From Candidatus Woesearchaeota archaeon (GTDB lineage Archaea > Nanobdellota > Nanobdellia > Woesearchaeales > UBA10200), in NCBI GenBank assembly GCA_016180275.1, contig JACPBN010000006.1, positions 1-45,229 of the forward strand: DNA of 45,229 nt, given 5' to 3'. The notes under the pieces were generated by a model. That model had not been told where the DNA came from, made no database searches, and saw only the letters and a program-made list of their open reading frames with translations. Numbering within the stretch: position 1 is the stretch's first letter; the number at the start of each line of letters is the position of its first letter. A program made the position numbers and the translations under genes. This document shows, piece after piece, positions 17,436-25,298 of this stretch.

Positions 17436-20318
17436 ATGAAGCATAATAAAATAACCGGAAAGAGAATCATTCTGAGTTTGATAGTTGCAATGCTATTGTC
17501 TTTAGTGATTGTATCTGCCTTAGATGAGAAAAAAATAAAATTGGATGAGCTAGAAAGCATAAAGAAATTAGTCTTGGCTGAGAGACTCAATTCATTCAAT
17601 ATAGTAAAAGCAAAGATTGAGAGATTGCTGAGCGATAAGACATCTGACGGAAAAGATAAGGATGCTGGGGCGATTAAAACTGATAATGATTTAGCGCAGA
17701 AGTTTATTGTTGCATTGACTGAATCTGCGTTTTTAACAGATGAGCAGAAAGGGACATTGACTAATTTACAGACAAGCCAAAGCGCTGCAGCAGCGATAGC
17801 TAAGGAGAAATCTGTTTTTAGCGGCTGGAGATTATGGGCAGCGATACCATTGGTACTTGCATTGATTTATATGTTATTATTGAGAAAGAATAGGTATAAG
17901 ACTGCTGGGAAAGGGATTGGATTTGGAGGAAAATGGCTCTGGCTAATGATAAGCGGGAAAAAAGGAAAGCTGGATGCGATTGAGAGATATAACAACCAGA
18001 TGCTGGAGTTAGAGAATAGGTCAAGGACAGAAATCAAATATATTGTTGATAAATTACTAAAGCAAAAAGAAGAGCTAATTGCCGCAAACGTAAAGAAAGC
18101 AAGCCAGCTTGTGTATTTAGGGCAGCTTGTTGTTAGGAGAATATTTGTTAAAGGCCATGCAAAAGAGCTGTTGGTAGATAAGAAACCTGTAAAAATAGAA
18201 GACGTTGGTGAAATAGAGCCTATCAGGATAGATGAGGTATTGGCTGAACTTGAGAAAATAAATAATAATCTCCCAGTAAAATTAAATGAGATAGTCGGCA
18301 ACCATATAACCATTGTGCAAAGGCATAAAAATCTTCTGGATGAGATTAAAGCGCTTCGCATCAAGACAAATGCTTCTGCACAAAGATTGGCTAATAATTC
18401 ACGAGTAAAAAATGTTTTGGGCAGCAAGATTGCGCAGATGGATTCTGCTGTTGCAAATATGCAGCAGATAATACAGGCACTAGATGACCTTGGTACAAGA
18501 TTAAACAGGAGTGTAGGAGTATTGGAGCAAGGATATGCCAGACAAAACGAATCAATAAAGCTTGAGAATGGCAACTTAAGCGAACTGATCCGTATCATAG
18601 ACAAAAAGTTCCAGGATTTTGCCAATGTTGCGCAGGATATATCTCATGAAGCAAACAAGATCGAACAGTCATTTGCCACCAGAGAAAAAAGAGTGTATAA
18701 CCTGATTGATGCAATCATCAAAAAGATTGAGCAAGAAAATGCAAAAATTCAGAACAGTGCAGGCAATGTAAATACTGGTGAGGCAGATAAATTGATTGAT
18801 GCTGCTACCAATATTGCCAGCATAGCAGAGCGATTAGCTTTGTTCAGGCAAAAAACTGATAAGATAACCACTGAACATCTTAAGTCATTCATTAAAGTAG
18901 TTAAACTGTTAAAGAATGATTTTCCAGAGGTAACGCTGGAAGAATTTAAAGAACAATTGGAAGGATTTGTTATTGTGCATAAGAATAAAGAGTTTAAGAT
19001 AGTTGAGGTTAGCGGAGATAATGTAAAATTGGAAGGAGTAAGCGATGCGATTTCGTTTGAACAGCTAAAGAATATAGATGATTTCTTGGCTAAGAGACAA
19101 TTAAGAAATTTATTGACCCATATTCTGACAAATGCAACTTACTTTGACAATAATGTTTTGAGAGATGTTGTTAATATATTTTTAGAGTTAAAAAATGCTG
19201 AGCCAAGTGCAAAGTTGGAGGAGTTCAAGAGTTTATTAATAGATAAGATAATTAGATACACTACAGAAACAAATGCCTTTATCGGATATAAGATTAAGAA
19301 TGTGATTGAAGATAAGCTTTTTGTTGTTAAAATAGATGAAAAAGATGCAGAAGATCGAACTATTTTAAAATTAGAGATTACACAAATAAAAAATCTATTG
19401 GAGAGAGCAACTGCACCTGCAGCAGCACCTAATCCTGCTCCTACACCAACACCACTTCCACCAAACGCAAGTGCTACATCCCAAGCAAAATACGCAATTA
19501 TTTCAGACATCCATAGCAACCTGCAGGCATTTCAAGCTGTGTTACAGGATATTGCAAAACAAGGAATCCCTGACTCAAATATCTATTGCTGCGGAGATAT
19601 TGTTGGCTATGGAGGAAATCCGAATCAGTGCGTGCAAATAATAAAAGATAGAGATATTAAATGGGTGTTGGGAAACCATGAGTTTGCTATACTTAATCCA
19701 GGCTATGCAGAAAAAGCCGGATTTAATGCATCAGCAACTGCTGCTGTTAACTGGCAGATAACAGAGCTAAATGAGAAATCAAAAGAATTCTTAAATGCAC
19801 AAAAACAAGAAAATTATATATTAGTGAGAGATGATTTTGTTATTGTGCATAGTGAATTAACTAAACCAAAAGAGTTTATGTATCTTTCTGAAGATTTGTA
19901 CAAAAAAACTGGCATAAACTTTGGTATTTTGCTGGGAGATAATTTCAATATATTATCAAAATATAATAAAAGAATTTGCTTTATTGGACATAGCCACATG
20001 CCTGAAATTTGGACAATTGATGCTAATAATAAAATGGAAAAGGGAGATATAAATATGCAGGATAAAAAAGGAATAGTTGATATTACAAATGCAAAAAACG
20101 TAATAGTCAATGTTGGAAGCGTAGGCCAGCCTAGAGATGGAGACACAAGAGCATGCTATGTGATTTATGACAAAGAAAATAGCAAAATTGCTATAAGGTA
20201 TGTAAGAGTAGGTTATAATGTTGCAGCTGCACAACAAGCTATTCTAAGTAGAATCCCTGATGGATATAATGAAGTTGCGGCAAATTATATGGCAGAAAGA
20301 CTAGCTAATGGCAGATAA
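17436..20318 (+). CDS. Membrane-anchored long coiled-coil protein with a C-terminal metallophosphoesterase (calcineurin-like) domain
   Basis: ATG 17436 gives MKHNKITGKRIILSLIVAMLLSLVIVSA (anchor); a second TM is WAAIPLVLALIYMLLL. About 600 aa of helical repeats follow, then the P/T/A linker APAAAPNPAPTPTPLPP. MPP motifs: AIISDIHSN, GDIVGYGG, GNHE, GHSH, GSVGQPRDGD (nt ~19484-20315). Confidence 0.85.
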   Translation: MKHNKITGKRIILSLIVAMLLSLVIVSALDEKKIKLDELESIKKLVLAERLNSFNIVKAKIERLLSDKTSDGKDKDAGAIKTDNDLAQKFIVALTESAFLTDEQKGTLTNLQTSQSAAAAIAKEKSVFSGWRLWAAIPLVLALIYMLLLRKNRYKTAGKGIGFGGKWLWLMISGKKGKLDAIERYNNQMLELENRSRTEIKYIVDKLLKQKEELIAANVKKASQLVYLGQLVVRRIFVKGHAKELLVDKKPVKIEDVGEIEPIRIDEVLAELEKINNNLPVKLNEIVGNHITIVQRHKNLLDEIKALRIKTNASAQRLANNSRVKNVLGSKIAQMDSAVANMQQIIQALDDLGTRLNRSVGVLEQGYARQNESIKLENGNLSELIRIIDKKFQDFANVAQDISHEANKIEQSFATREKRVYNLIDAIIKKIEQENAKIQNSAGNVNTGEADKLIDAATNIASIAERLALFRQKTDKITTEHLKSFIKVVKLLKNDFPEVTLEEFKEQLEGFVIVHKNKEFKIVEVSGDNVKLEGVSDAISFEQLKNIDDFLAKRQLRNLLTHILTNATYFDNNVLRDVVNIFLELKNAEPSAKLEEFKSLLIDKIIRYTTETNAFIGYKIKNVIEDKLFVVKIDEKDAEDRTILKLEITQIKNLLERATAPAAAPNPAPTPTPLPPNASATSQAKYAIISDIHSNLQAFQAVLQDIAKQGIPDSNIYCCGDIVGYGGNPNQCVQIIKDRDIKWVLGNHEFAILNPGYAEKAGFNASATAAVNWQITELNEKSKEFLNAQKQENYILVRDDFVIVHSELTKPKEFMYLSEDLYKKTGINFGILLGDNFNILSKYNKRICFIGHSHMPEIWTIDANNKMEKGDINMQDKKGIVDITNAKNVIVNVGSVGQPRDGDTRACYVIYDKENSKIAIRYVRVGYNVAAAQQAILSRIPDGYNEVAANYMAERLANGR

Positions 20319-20330
20319 AATTTTTTTGTA

Positions 20331-20391
20331 AGGATATTTTACCCCTGCTAAAATATTAGGTTATGTAATAATAGCAGGGTTGTTTATAAAT
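20331..20391. repeat. Direct repeat copy 1 (61 bp) with an internal GC hairpin and TATA-like end
   Basis: aggatattttacccctgctaaaatattaggttatgtaataatagcagggttgtttataaat. Stem ccctgct/agcaggg. About 53 of 61 nt are identical to 21959-22019. Confidence 0.8.
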
Positions 20392-20411
20392 GAGCTATGT
20401 TTCCAGCAAGA

Positions 20412-21662
20412 TTATTCTACTAAACTTGGCATCAATGCTGTTTTCCATGCAGGCACTAGCTTTATTAAATGATTTTTAGCTTTTATGCCCTGCTCAGTAT
20501 CCTTAGTTATCACAACAGCAGAAGTTTGCTTGAATTTTTCCATAAAATAATGTAAATTAGTGAGATCTTCATTTTTTATAGTTTCCTTATATTTTACTTC
20601 TATCGGCTTTTTATTTTTTATTATGTCAATTTCTTTCTCATGCTCTCGCCAATAGTATTTAGCATCAAATAGTGCAATAAATAGATTTTCAATAACTTTA
20701 CTTTCATCCAAATTTAAGCAAAAGCATGGATGATAAGGATAAACTTTTCTTAGTTTCCTAGATGAACTTAAAGCGCTACCCCTATAATTTTTGACTATCC
20801 GTATCAGCAGCCCTTGTGCTAAATAATTTATATGCTTGCCAAGAGTTTCTTTGCCTCTTTTAAGATCTTTTGCCAAGTTGTCTATGTTAAGTATTATGCC
20901 TCCTTCTTCAAAAAATATGTCTTTTAAAGTTTCTAATAGTTCAATGTCAACATCTTTAAATTCCTTTTTGATATCGTAAGAAAGGACTCTGCTAATTATG
21001 AATTCATGGATGTATTTTTTTGCTGAAAGCTCATCTCTTAAGATAGCAATTTCAGGAAAAGGAGTTTTTAGATACCATTTAAAATGATTCTTAAGCTCTG
21101 ATTCATGCAGAATAATCTTCTTCTCTTCTATTCTGATGCCATTTAATAACAGCCATTCATTAAAGCTTAACGGCTCTAATTTTAAAAAATTAATTCTTCC
21201 AGCTAAACTCTCAGCTATATTCTTTGTCAATGTTAGATATGAAGAGCCTGAGATGAAAAATTTTATATTAGGGTAGAGATCATAAAATATTTTTAATTTG
21301 TTCTGCCAGTCATCTAATTTCTGTATCTCATCAAAAAAAACAAAATATTTGCCATTTTCTAAATCTAAAGAATGCAGCTCTGTATATACTTTAAGTATTT
21401 CTTTAACTTCTGCAACTTTCTGGTCGAAAGAAAAGTAAAGGAGATGTTCTGGCTTAATACCTTTCTTTATTAAGTGTTCAATAGTTTGAAAAAACAATGT
21501 AGATTTACCAGTTCTTCTTAACCCAAATAATGCAATTATTTGTTTAGAGGATATGTAGTTGATTATCTTGCTCAATAATTCTCTCTCAAAATGTTTTGCT
21601 AAGTCTTCTTTAACTTTTCCGGTTTTCCACCAAGGATTGAATAAGAGCAGGATATCTTTCAT
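20412..21662 (-). CDS. AAA+ ATPase, AAA_14 plus DUF4143 type
   Basis: LFNPWWKTG start motif, Walker A GLRRTGKST, Walker B FVFFDEIQ. Overall layout matches 35649-36995. Confidence 0.85.
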   Translation of the reverse strand: MKDILLLFNPWWKTGKVKEDLAKHFERELLSKIINYISSKQIIALFGLRRTGKSTLFFQTIEHLIKKGIKPEHLLYFSFDQKVAEVKEILKVYTELHSLDLENGKYFVFFDEIQKLDDWQNKLKIFYDLYPNIKFFISGSSYLTLTKNIAESLAGRINFLKLEPLSFNEWLLLNGIRIEEKKIILHESELKNHFKWYLKTPFPEIAILRDELSAKKYIHEFIISRVLSYDIKKEFKDVDIELLETLKDIFFEEGGIILNIDNLAKDLKRGKETLGKHINYLAQGLLIRIVKNYRGSALSSSRKLRKVYPYHPCFCLNLDESKVIENLFIALFDAKYYWREHEKEIDIIKNKKPIEVKYKETIKNEDLTNLHYFMEKFKQTSAVVITKDTEQGIKAKNHLIKLVPAWKTALMPSLVE

Positions 21663-21686
21663 TTTACAGCATTAAAGTATGAAAAG

Positions 21687-21699
21687 TATATAAATTTTT
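21687..21699 (-). promoter_or_regulatory. BRE/TATA box (minus strand aaaaatttatata) of the ATPase gene
   Basis: Ends 25 nt upstream of the minus-strand ATG at 21662 (leaderless spacing). Confidence 0.5.
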
Positions 21700-21752
21700 C
21701 GTTCTGAAACTAGAACGAATGTTTATATTATTCGTTCTGAAACTAGAACGAA
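21698..21752. promoter_or_regulatory. Two identical 22-bp palindromes ttcgttct-gaaact-agaacgaa, 33 bp apart, flanking a second TATA-like box
   Basis: 21698-21719 and 21731-21752 are identical. The first abuts or overlaps the minus-strand BRE; gtttatatta lies between them. Confidence 0.6.
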
Positions 21753-21958
21753 TAAAAGGAAGGATAATAGAGAAAGCCATTGAGATGTTTTCAAAAGCTA
21801 GTATTGATCTACTAGGTTTTGTATGCCTTTAGAAATATTTGGAACTAAGGCATCTAAGAAAGCTTCATTTGAGATAATTCCTGTATCTCTTAAATATAAT
21901 AATGCCTGTGTTAATGCCTGCAAGAATGTTTTGATCTAGAGATGGATATTATAGATTG

Positions 21959-22019
21959 AGAATATTCCACCCCTGCTGAAATATCAGTTTTTGTCATAAT
22001 AGCAGGGTTGTTTATAAAT
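21959..22019. repeat. Direct repeat copy 2 (61 bp)
   Basis: agaatattccacccctgctgaaatatcagtttttgtcataatagcagggttgtttataaat. Same hairpin arms and the same 3' gggttgtttataaat as copy 1. Confidence 0.8.
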
Positions 22020-22076
22020 AACCAAAAAAAGCAAAGATATATACCTAATAGGTATTATACCTGATAAGTATATAAA

Positions 22077-22493
22077 ATGAAATTTTACAACCGCGAAGAG
22101 GAATTTGAAACATTAGACAAGCTTTGAAAAGAGCATCTATGAATTATTGGCTTCAAAGAAGATTGAACTGCCCTTTAAATATACTATGCTTGGCACACAA
22201 TGGGGAAGATTTAAAGGAGAAAAAGGAAAAAATACTTATGAGATTGATTTAATGGCCGTAAATGAGCAGAAAAAACAAATTTTGTTTGCTGAGTGCAAAT
22301 GGCAAGGGAAGATTAATGCTTCAGAGATAACTAATGAGCTATCAACTAAAGCACATATGTAGATTGGAATAAAGATGGAAGAGAGGAATACTACCTTATA
22401 TTTGCAAAAAGCTTTTCAAAGAAGATCAAGGAATGGCAAGGAAAAGAAGTAATATGCTATGATCTAGATGATGTTAAGAGAATGCTGAAATAA
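22077..22493 (+). pseudogene. Degraded DUF234-type ATPase gene (N-terminal 16 codons, large internal deletion, frameshift)
   Basis: MKFYNREEEFETLDKL* matches the start of 9473. Then ...IELPFKYTMLGTQWGRF...EIDLMAVNEQKKQILFAECKWQ matches its C-terminal domain. After the stop at 22360 a +1 shift continues DWNKDGREEYYLIFAKSFSKK...DDVKRMLK*. Confidence 0.8.
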
Positions 22494-23106
22494 GGTAGGC
22501 TATTAGAGTCAAATTTTCCGGAGCTTTATAGCATAGTTGATAAGTACTTTCCAATTTATAGGGCTATTCAGTGCCTTTGCTATATTATTTATATAACTTT
22601 AATTTTTTATTAGATTATTCAGTTAATAAATTGAATTGATGAATAATAGAGACAGGTTTTTGTAATTATTGAGCAGGTAGAGTGATTATATTGTGAAAAT
22701 GTAGCCAGATTAATCAATTATTATAGAGAATATTTTAGTAAGTAGAAATATAAAATATTTCAGAGTAATTAGATTGTTGATGTTATGAATTGTTGTATTC
22801 GATAGGAAGGACATATATTCTGTATTGAAGACAGGCATAAAAGCCAATGAGATGGTTAAGAGATTAAGGCAGCACTAACACATAATGGATTTGTAAATAA
22901 AGAAGCAGCTGCAAGAAACTTAGAAATGTTCAAGAAATTGTATAATGCTTAAATTAATAACAGATTATTCTATTACTCAGTTATGTATTTTAGTAATTAA
23001 GTTATTTTATTATTATGTTTAATATTATGGTAATTTGAATATACATGGTTAGATAGTTGAATTATAGCTATTTCTAGTAATTATTCAATCAAATAATTGA
23101 AAAACG

Positions 23107-23119
23107 AAAGATTTATATA
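23107..23119 (+). promoter_or_regulatory. Orphan consensus BRE/TATA box (aaagatttatata)
   Basis: Good match to the local promoter consensus, but no ORF starts within ~200 nt. It lies in an ORF-free decayed zone. Confidence 0.3.
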
Positions 23120-23320
23120 CTAAATTTAATATTTTAGTAATTTGAATATTGATTTGTATTTTTTATTTAGTTTAATTTTTAATAGTGATCTGCACTAGCC
23201 AAGGGAAAAGAGGAAAAAAAGAAAGCTATTATTGAGGGAAAGAATCCTGAAAGAAGAAGTGAGAATAATATGACATAAAGTTTTTAAAGATGAATAACTT
23301 GATAATAGCCGTGATGCAAA

Positions 23321-23539
23321 ATGAAAATAGAAGAATTAAAAAAACAATATAAGGATGAATGGGTGCTGGTAGAAATCATTGAAGAGGATAAATTAAATAG
23401 GCCACAAGAAGTTAAATTGATTGCGCATAGCAAAAATAGAGATGATACATATGATGCTATGGTAAAAAATAAAAAAAAATACACCTACCATTTTTATACA
23501 GGAGAAATCCCTGAAAAAGGTTATGCGGTGGCATTTTAA
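23321..23539 (+). CDS. Small DUF5678-like protein
   Basis: 72 aa: LKKQYKDEWVLVEII...VKLIAHSKNRDDTYDAMVK. Its stop overlaps the next start (TAATG). Assignment is from memory of the family pattern and is tentative. Confidence 0.45.
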   Translation: MKIEELKKQYKDEWVLVEIIEEDKLNRPQEVKLIAHSKNRDDTYDAMVKNKKKYTYHFYTGEIPEKGYAVAF

Positions 23540-23925
23540 TGGGAAATCATAATTTGGATAAGAACGCTTCAGTAATTGTTATTGAAGTATTGATAGAAAA
23601 TAAAGGCATTAAGAAAAAATTAAAGATGGTCCTTGATACAGGCGCCACATATACCTTAATCCCATGGCAGGTTGCAGAAGCGCTGAATATGGAGCCTGCC
23701 TTAAGTAAAACAAGGGCAGATATTATAACGGCATCTGGAGTAGAAAAAGTTCCATTGATGTTTGTTGAATCTGTTGCTGCATTTGATAAAAAAGCAGAGA
23801 ACGTCAAAATAATTGTCCATGACCTGCCAGCAAAAAGCTATGTAGATGGATTATTGGGATTAAGCTTTTTGAGAAATTTTAATCTTCATATTAATTTTAA
23901 GGAAGGATACTTAGAGTTAACATAA
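23539..23925 (+). CDS. Retropepsin-like (clan AA) aspartic protease
   Basis: Catalytic [11 protein letters not shown] motif. The 128-aa size and the C-terminal [11 protein letters not shown] pattern are typical of single-domain retropepsin-like proteases. Confidence 0.75.
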   Translation: MGNHNLDKNASVIVIEVLIENKGIKKKLKMVLDTGATYTLIPWQVAEALNMEPALSKTRADIITASGVEKVPLMFVESVAAFDKKAENVKIIVHDLPAKSYVDGLLGLSFLRNFNLHINFKEGYLELT

Positions 23926-23939
23926 AAAGAGGAACTACT

Positions 23940-24284
23940 TTGTCCAACAACATCGCAAAAATACTCGGCAAAGATACTGTATGGCTTATTCTGGAAGAGT
24001 TAGCTAGAGGCAATAAAACACCCACTGAATTGGCTGAGAAATTCCAGATGTCAGTAGCTAATGTAGATAATTTTCTTGCAAGATTAGAGGATAAGCAGAT
24101 AGTAAAAAGAACTAAGAAAATCAAGAAAGGCCGCGGAAGACCATTTACTGAATATGCACTAGACAGATGCCCAATTATTGTAATGATACCCAGCCAAGGC
24201 AAGAAAGTCCTGCTTGAGCTGAATGATAATGATCTCAATGAGTTAAATGAATTTATCAGGAAGAATAATGGTGAGCAGGTCTGA
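23940..24284 (+). CDS. Winged-helix (ArsR-like) transcriptional regulator
   Basis: [47 protein letters not shown] start with SD aagagg 7 nt upstream. The last 24 nt are duplicated at 25273-25296. Confidence 0.6.
   Translation: MSNNIAKILGKDTVWLILEELARGNKTPTELAEKFQMSVANVDNFLARLEDKQIVKRTKKIKKGRGRPFTEYALDRCPIIVMIPSQGKKVLLELNDNDLNELNEFIRKNNGEQV
24261..24284. repeat. Direct repeat copy 1 (24 bp), the 3' end of the regulator gene
   Basis: aagaataatggtgagcaggtctga, identical at 23 of 24 nt to 25273-25296. Confidence 0.85.
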
Positions 24285-24335
24285 GAAATAAAAAAGAATA
24301 CAATAACTTAAGGTCACAATTTGTTACCATAAAAA

Positions 24336-24360
24336 AAGGTATCGCAAAATGCGATACCTT
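24336..24360. other. Strong hairpin aaggtatcgc-aaaat-gcgatacctt
   Basis: 10-11 bp perfect stem between the regulator gene and the ORF6N gene, inside the inserted segment. Could be a terminator, an operator or a recombination site. Confidence 0.5.
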
Positions 24361-24388
24361 AAATGTTTGGAGAAGAGGTAAGAAAAAT

Positions 24389-25267
24389 ATGCCCAGAGAA
24401 TTAGCTGTTTTTAATCAAGAAGAGGTTAAAAGCAAGATTTACACTATTCGCGGATTACAAGTAATGCTAGATAGGGATTTAGCTGAACTTTACGAAGTTA
24501 CAACATTTAATCTTAATAAGGCGGTTAAAAGGAATAGTAAGAGATTTCCATTAGATTTTATGTTTCAATTAACAGAAGAAGAATACAGTAACTTGAAATT
24601 CCATTTTGGAATATCAAGTTGGGGCGGTCGAAGAACCTTACCTTATGCTTTCACTGAACAAGGCGTAGCAACGCTTTCAGGTGTATTAAAAAGTACTAAA
24701 GCTATTGAGGTTAATATTCAGATAGTTAGAGCATTTGTCGCTATGAGAAAGTTTATTTCCGCAAATGCTCATATCTTTCAGAGATTAGATACTGCTGAAA
24801 CTAAACTGATTGATCATGATAAGAGATTTGAGCAAGTGTTCAAAGCAATTGAAAGCAAAAGCATCAAGCCTGAGAAAGGCATATTTTTTGACGGGCAGAT
24901 ATTTGACTCATATAAATTCGTTTCAGATATCATCAGAACAGCTAAAAAATCGATTGTTTTGATCGACAATTACATAGATGATTCTGTTTTGACGCTATTC
25001 AGCAAGAGAAATAATAATGTGCAAGCCATCATATTTACTAAAGAGATCTCTAAGCAATTATCCCTTGACTTAGCCAAATATAATTCACAATATCCTTCAA
25101 TTGAACTGAAAGAGTTTAAGCAGTCGCATGACAGGTTTATCATAATTGACAATAAGGAAGTCTACCATTTTGGAGCATCATTGAAAGACTTGGGAAAGAA
25201 ATGGTTTGCTTTCTCAAAATTTGATAAAGATGCATTTAAGCTTTTAGATAAGCTATGGTTAAAATGA
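24389..25267 (+). CDS. ORF6N-domain (KilA-N-related) DNA-binding protein with a C-terminal degenerate PLD-like region
   Basis: N-terminal IYTIRGLQVMLDRDLAELYEVTTFNLNKAVKRNSKRFPLDFMFQLT...LPYAFTEQGVATLSGVL. C-terminal SIVLIDNYIDD...HDRFIIIDNKEVYHFGASLKDLGKK. Confidence 0.8.
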   Translation: MPRELAVFNQEEVKSKIYTIRGLQVMLDRDLAELYEVTTFNLNKAVKRNSKRFPLDFMFQLTEEEYSNLKFHFGISSWGGRRTLPYAFTEQGVATLSGVLKSTKAIEVNIQIVRAFVAMRKFISANAHIFQRLDTAETKLIDHDKRFEQVFKAIESKSIKPEKGIFFDGQIFDSYKFVSDIIRTAKKSIVLIDNYIDDSVLTLFSKRNNNVQAIIFTKEISKQLSLDLAKYNSQYPSIELKEFKQSHDRFIIIDNKEVYHFGASLKDLGKKWFAFSKFDKDAFKLLDKLWLK

Positions 25268-25272
25268 CAATA

Positions 25273-25296
25273 AAGAATAACGGTGAGCAGGTCTGA
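25273..25296. repeat. Direct repeat copy 2 (24 bp), ending 2 nt before ATG 25299
   Basis: aagaataacggtgagcaggtctga. Confidence 0.85.
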
Positions 25297-25298
25297 AT

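Noticed and set aside
20341-20380. GC-rich hairpins (291-340, 20341-20380, 24336-24360, 42526-42551) as possible tRNA or other standard RNA genes
   Set aside because: None can be folded into a cloverleaf, and none contains T-loop (GTTCRANYC-like) or D-loop signatures. They are single stem-loops, better explained as terminator, operator or recombination sites.
22147-22362. 71-aa ORF as an intact small gene
   Set aside because: It is the C-terminal domain of a DUF234-type ATPase (compare 9473-10867), preceded by the truncated N-terminus at 22077 and followed by a frameshifted continuation. It is annotated as part of one pseudogene.
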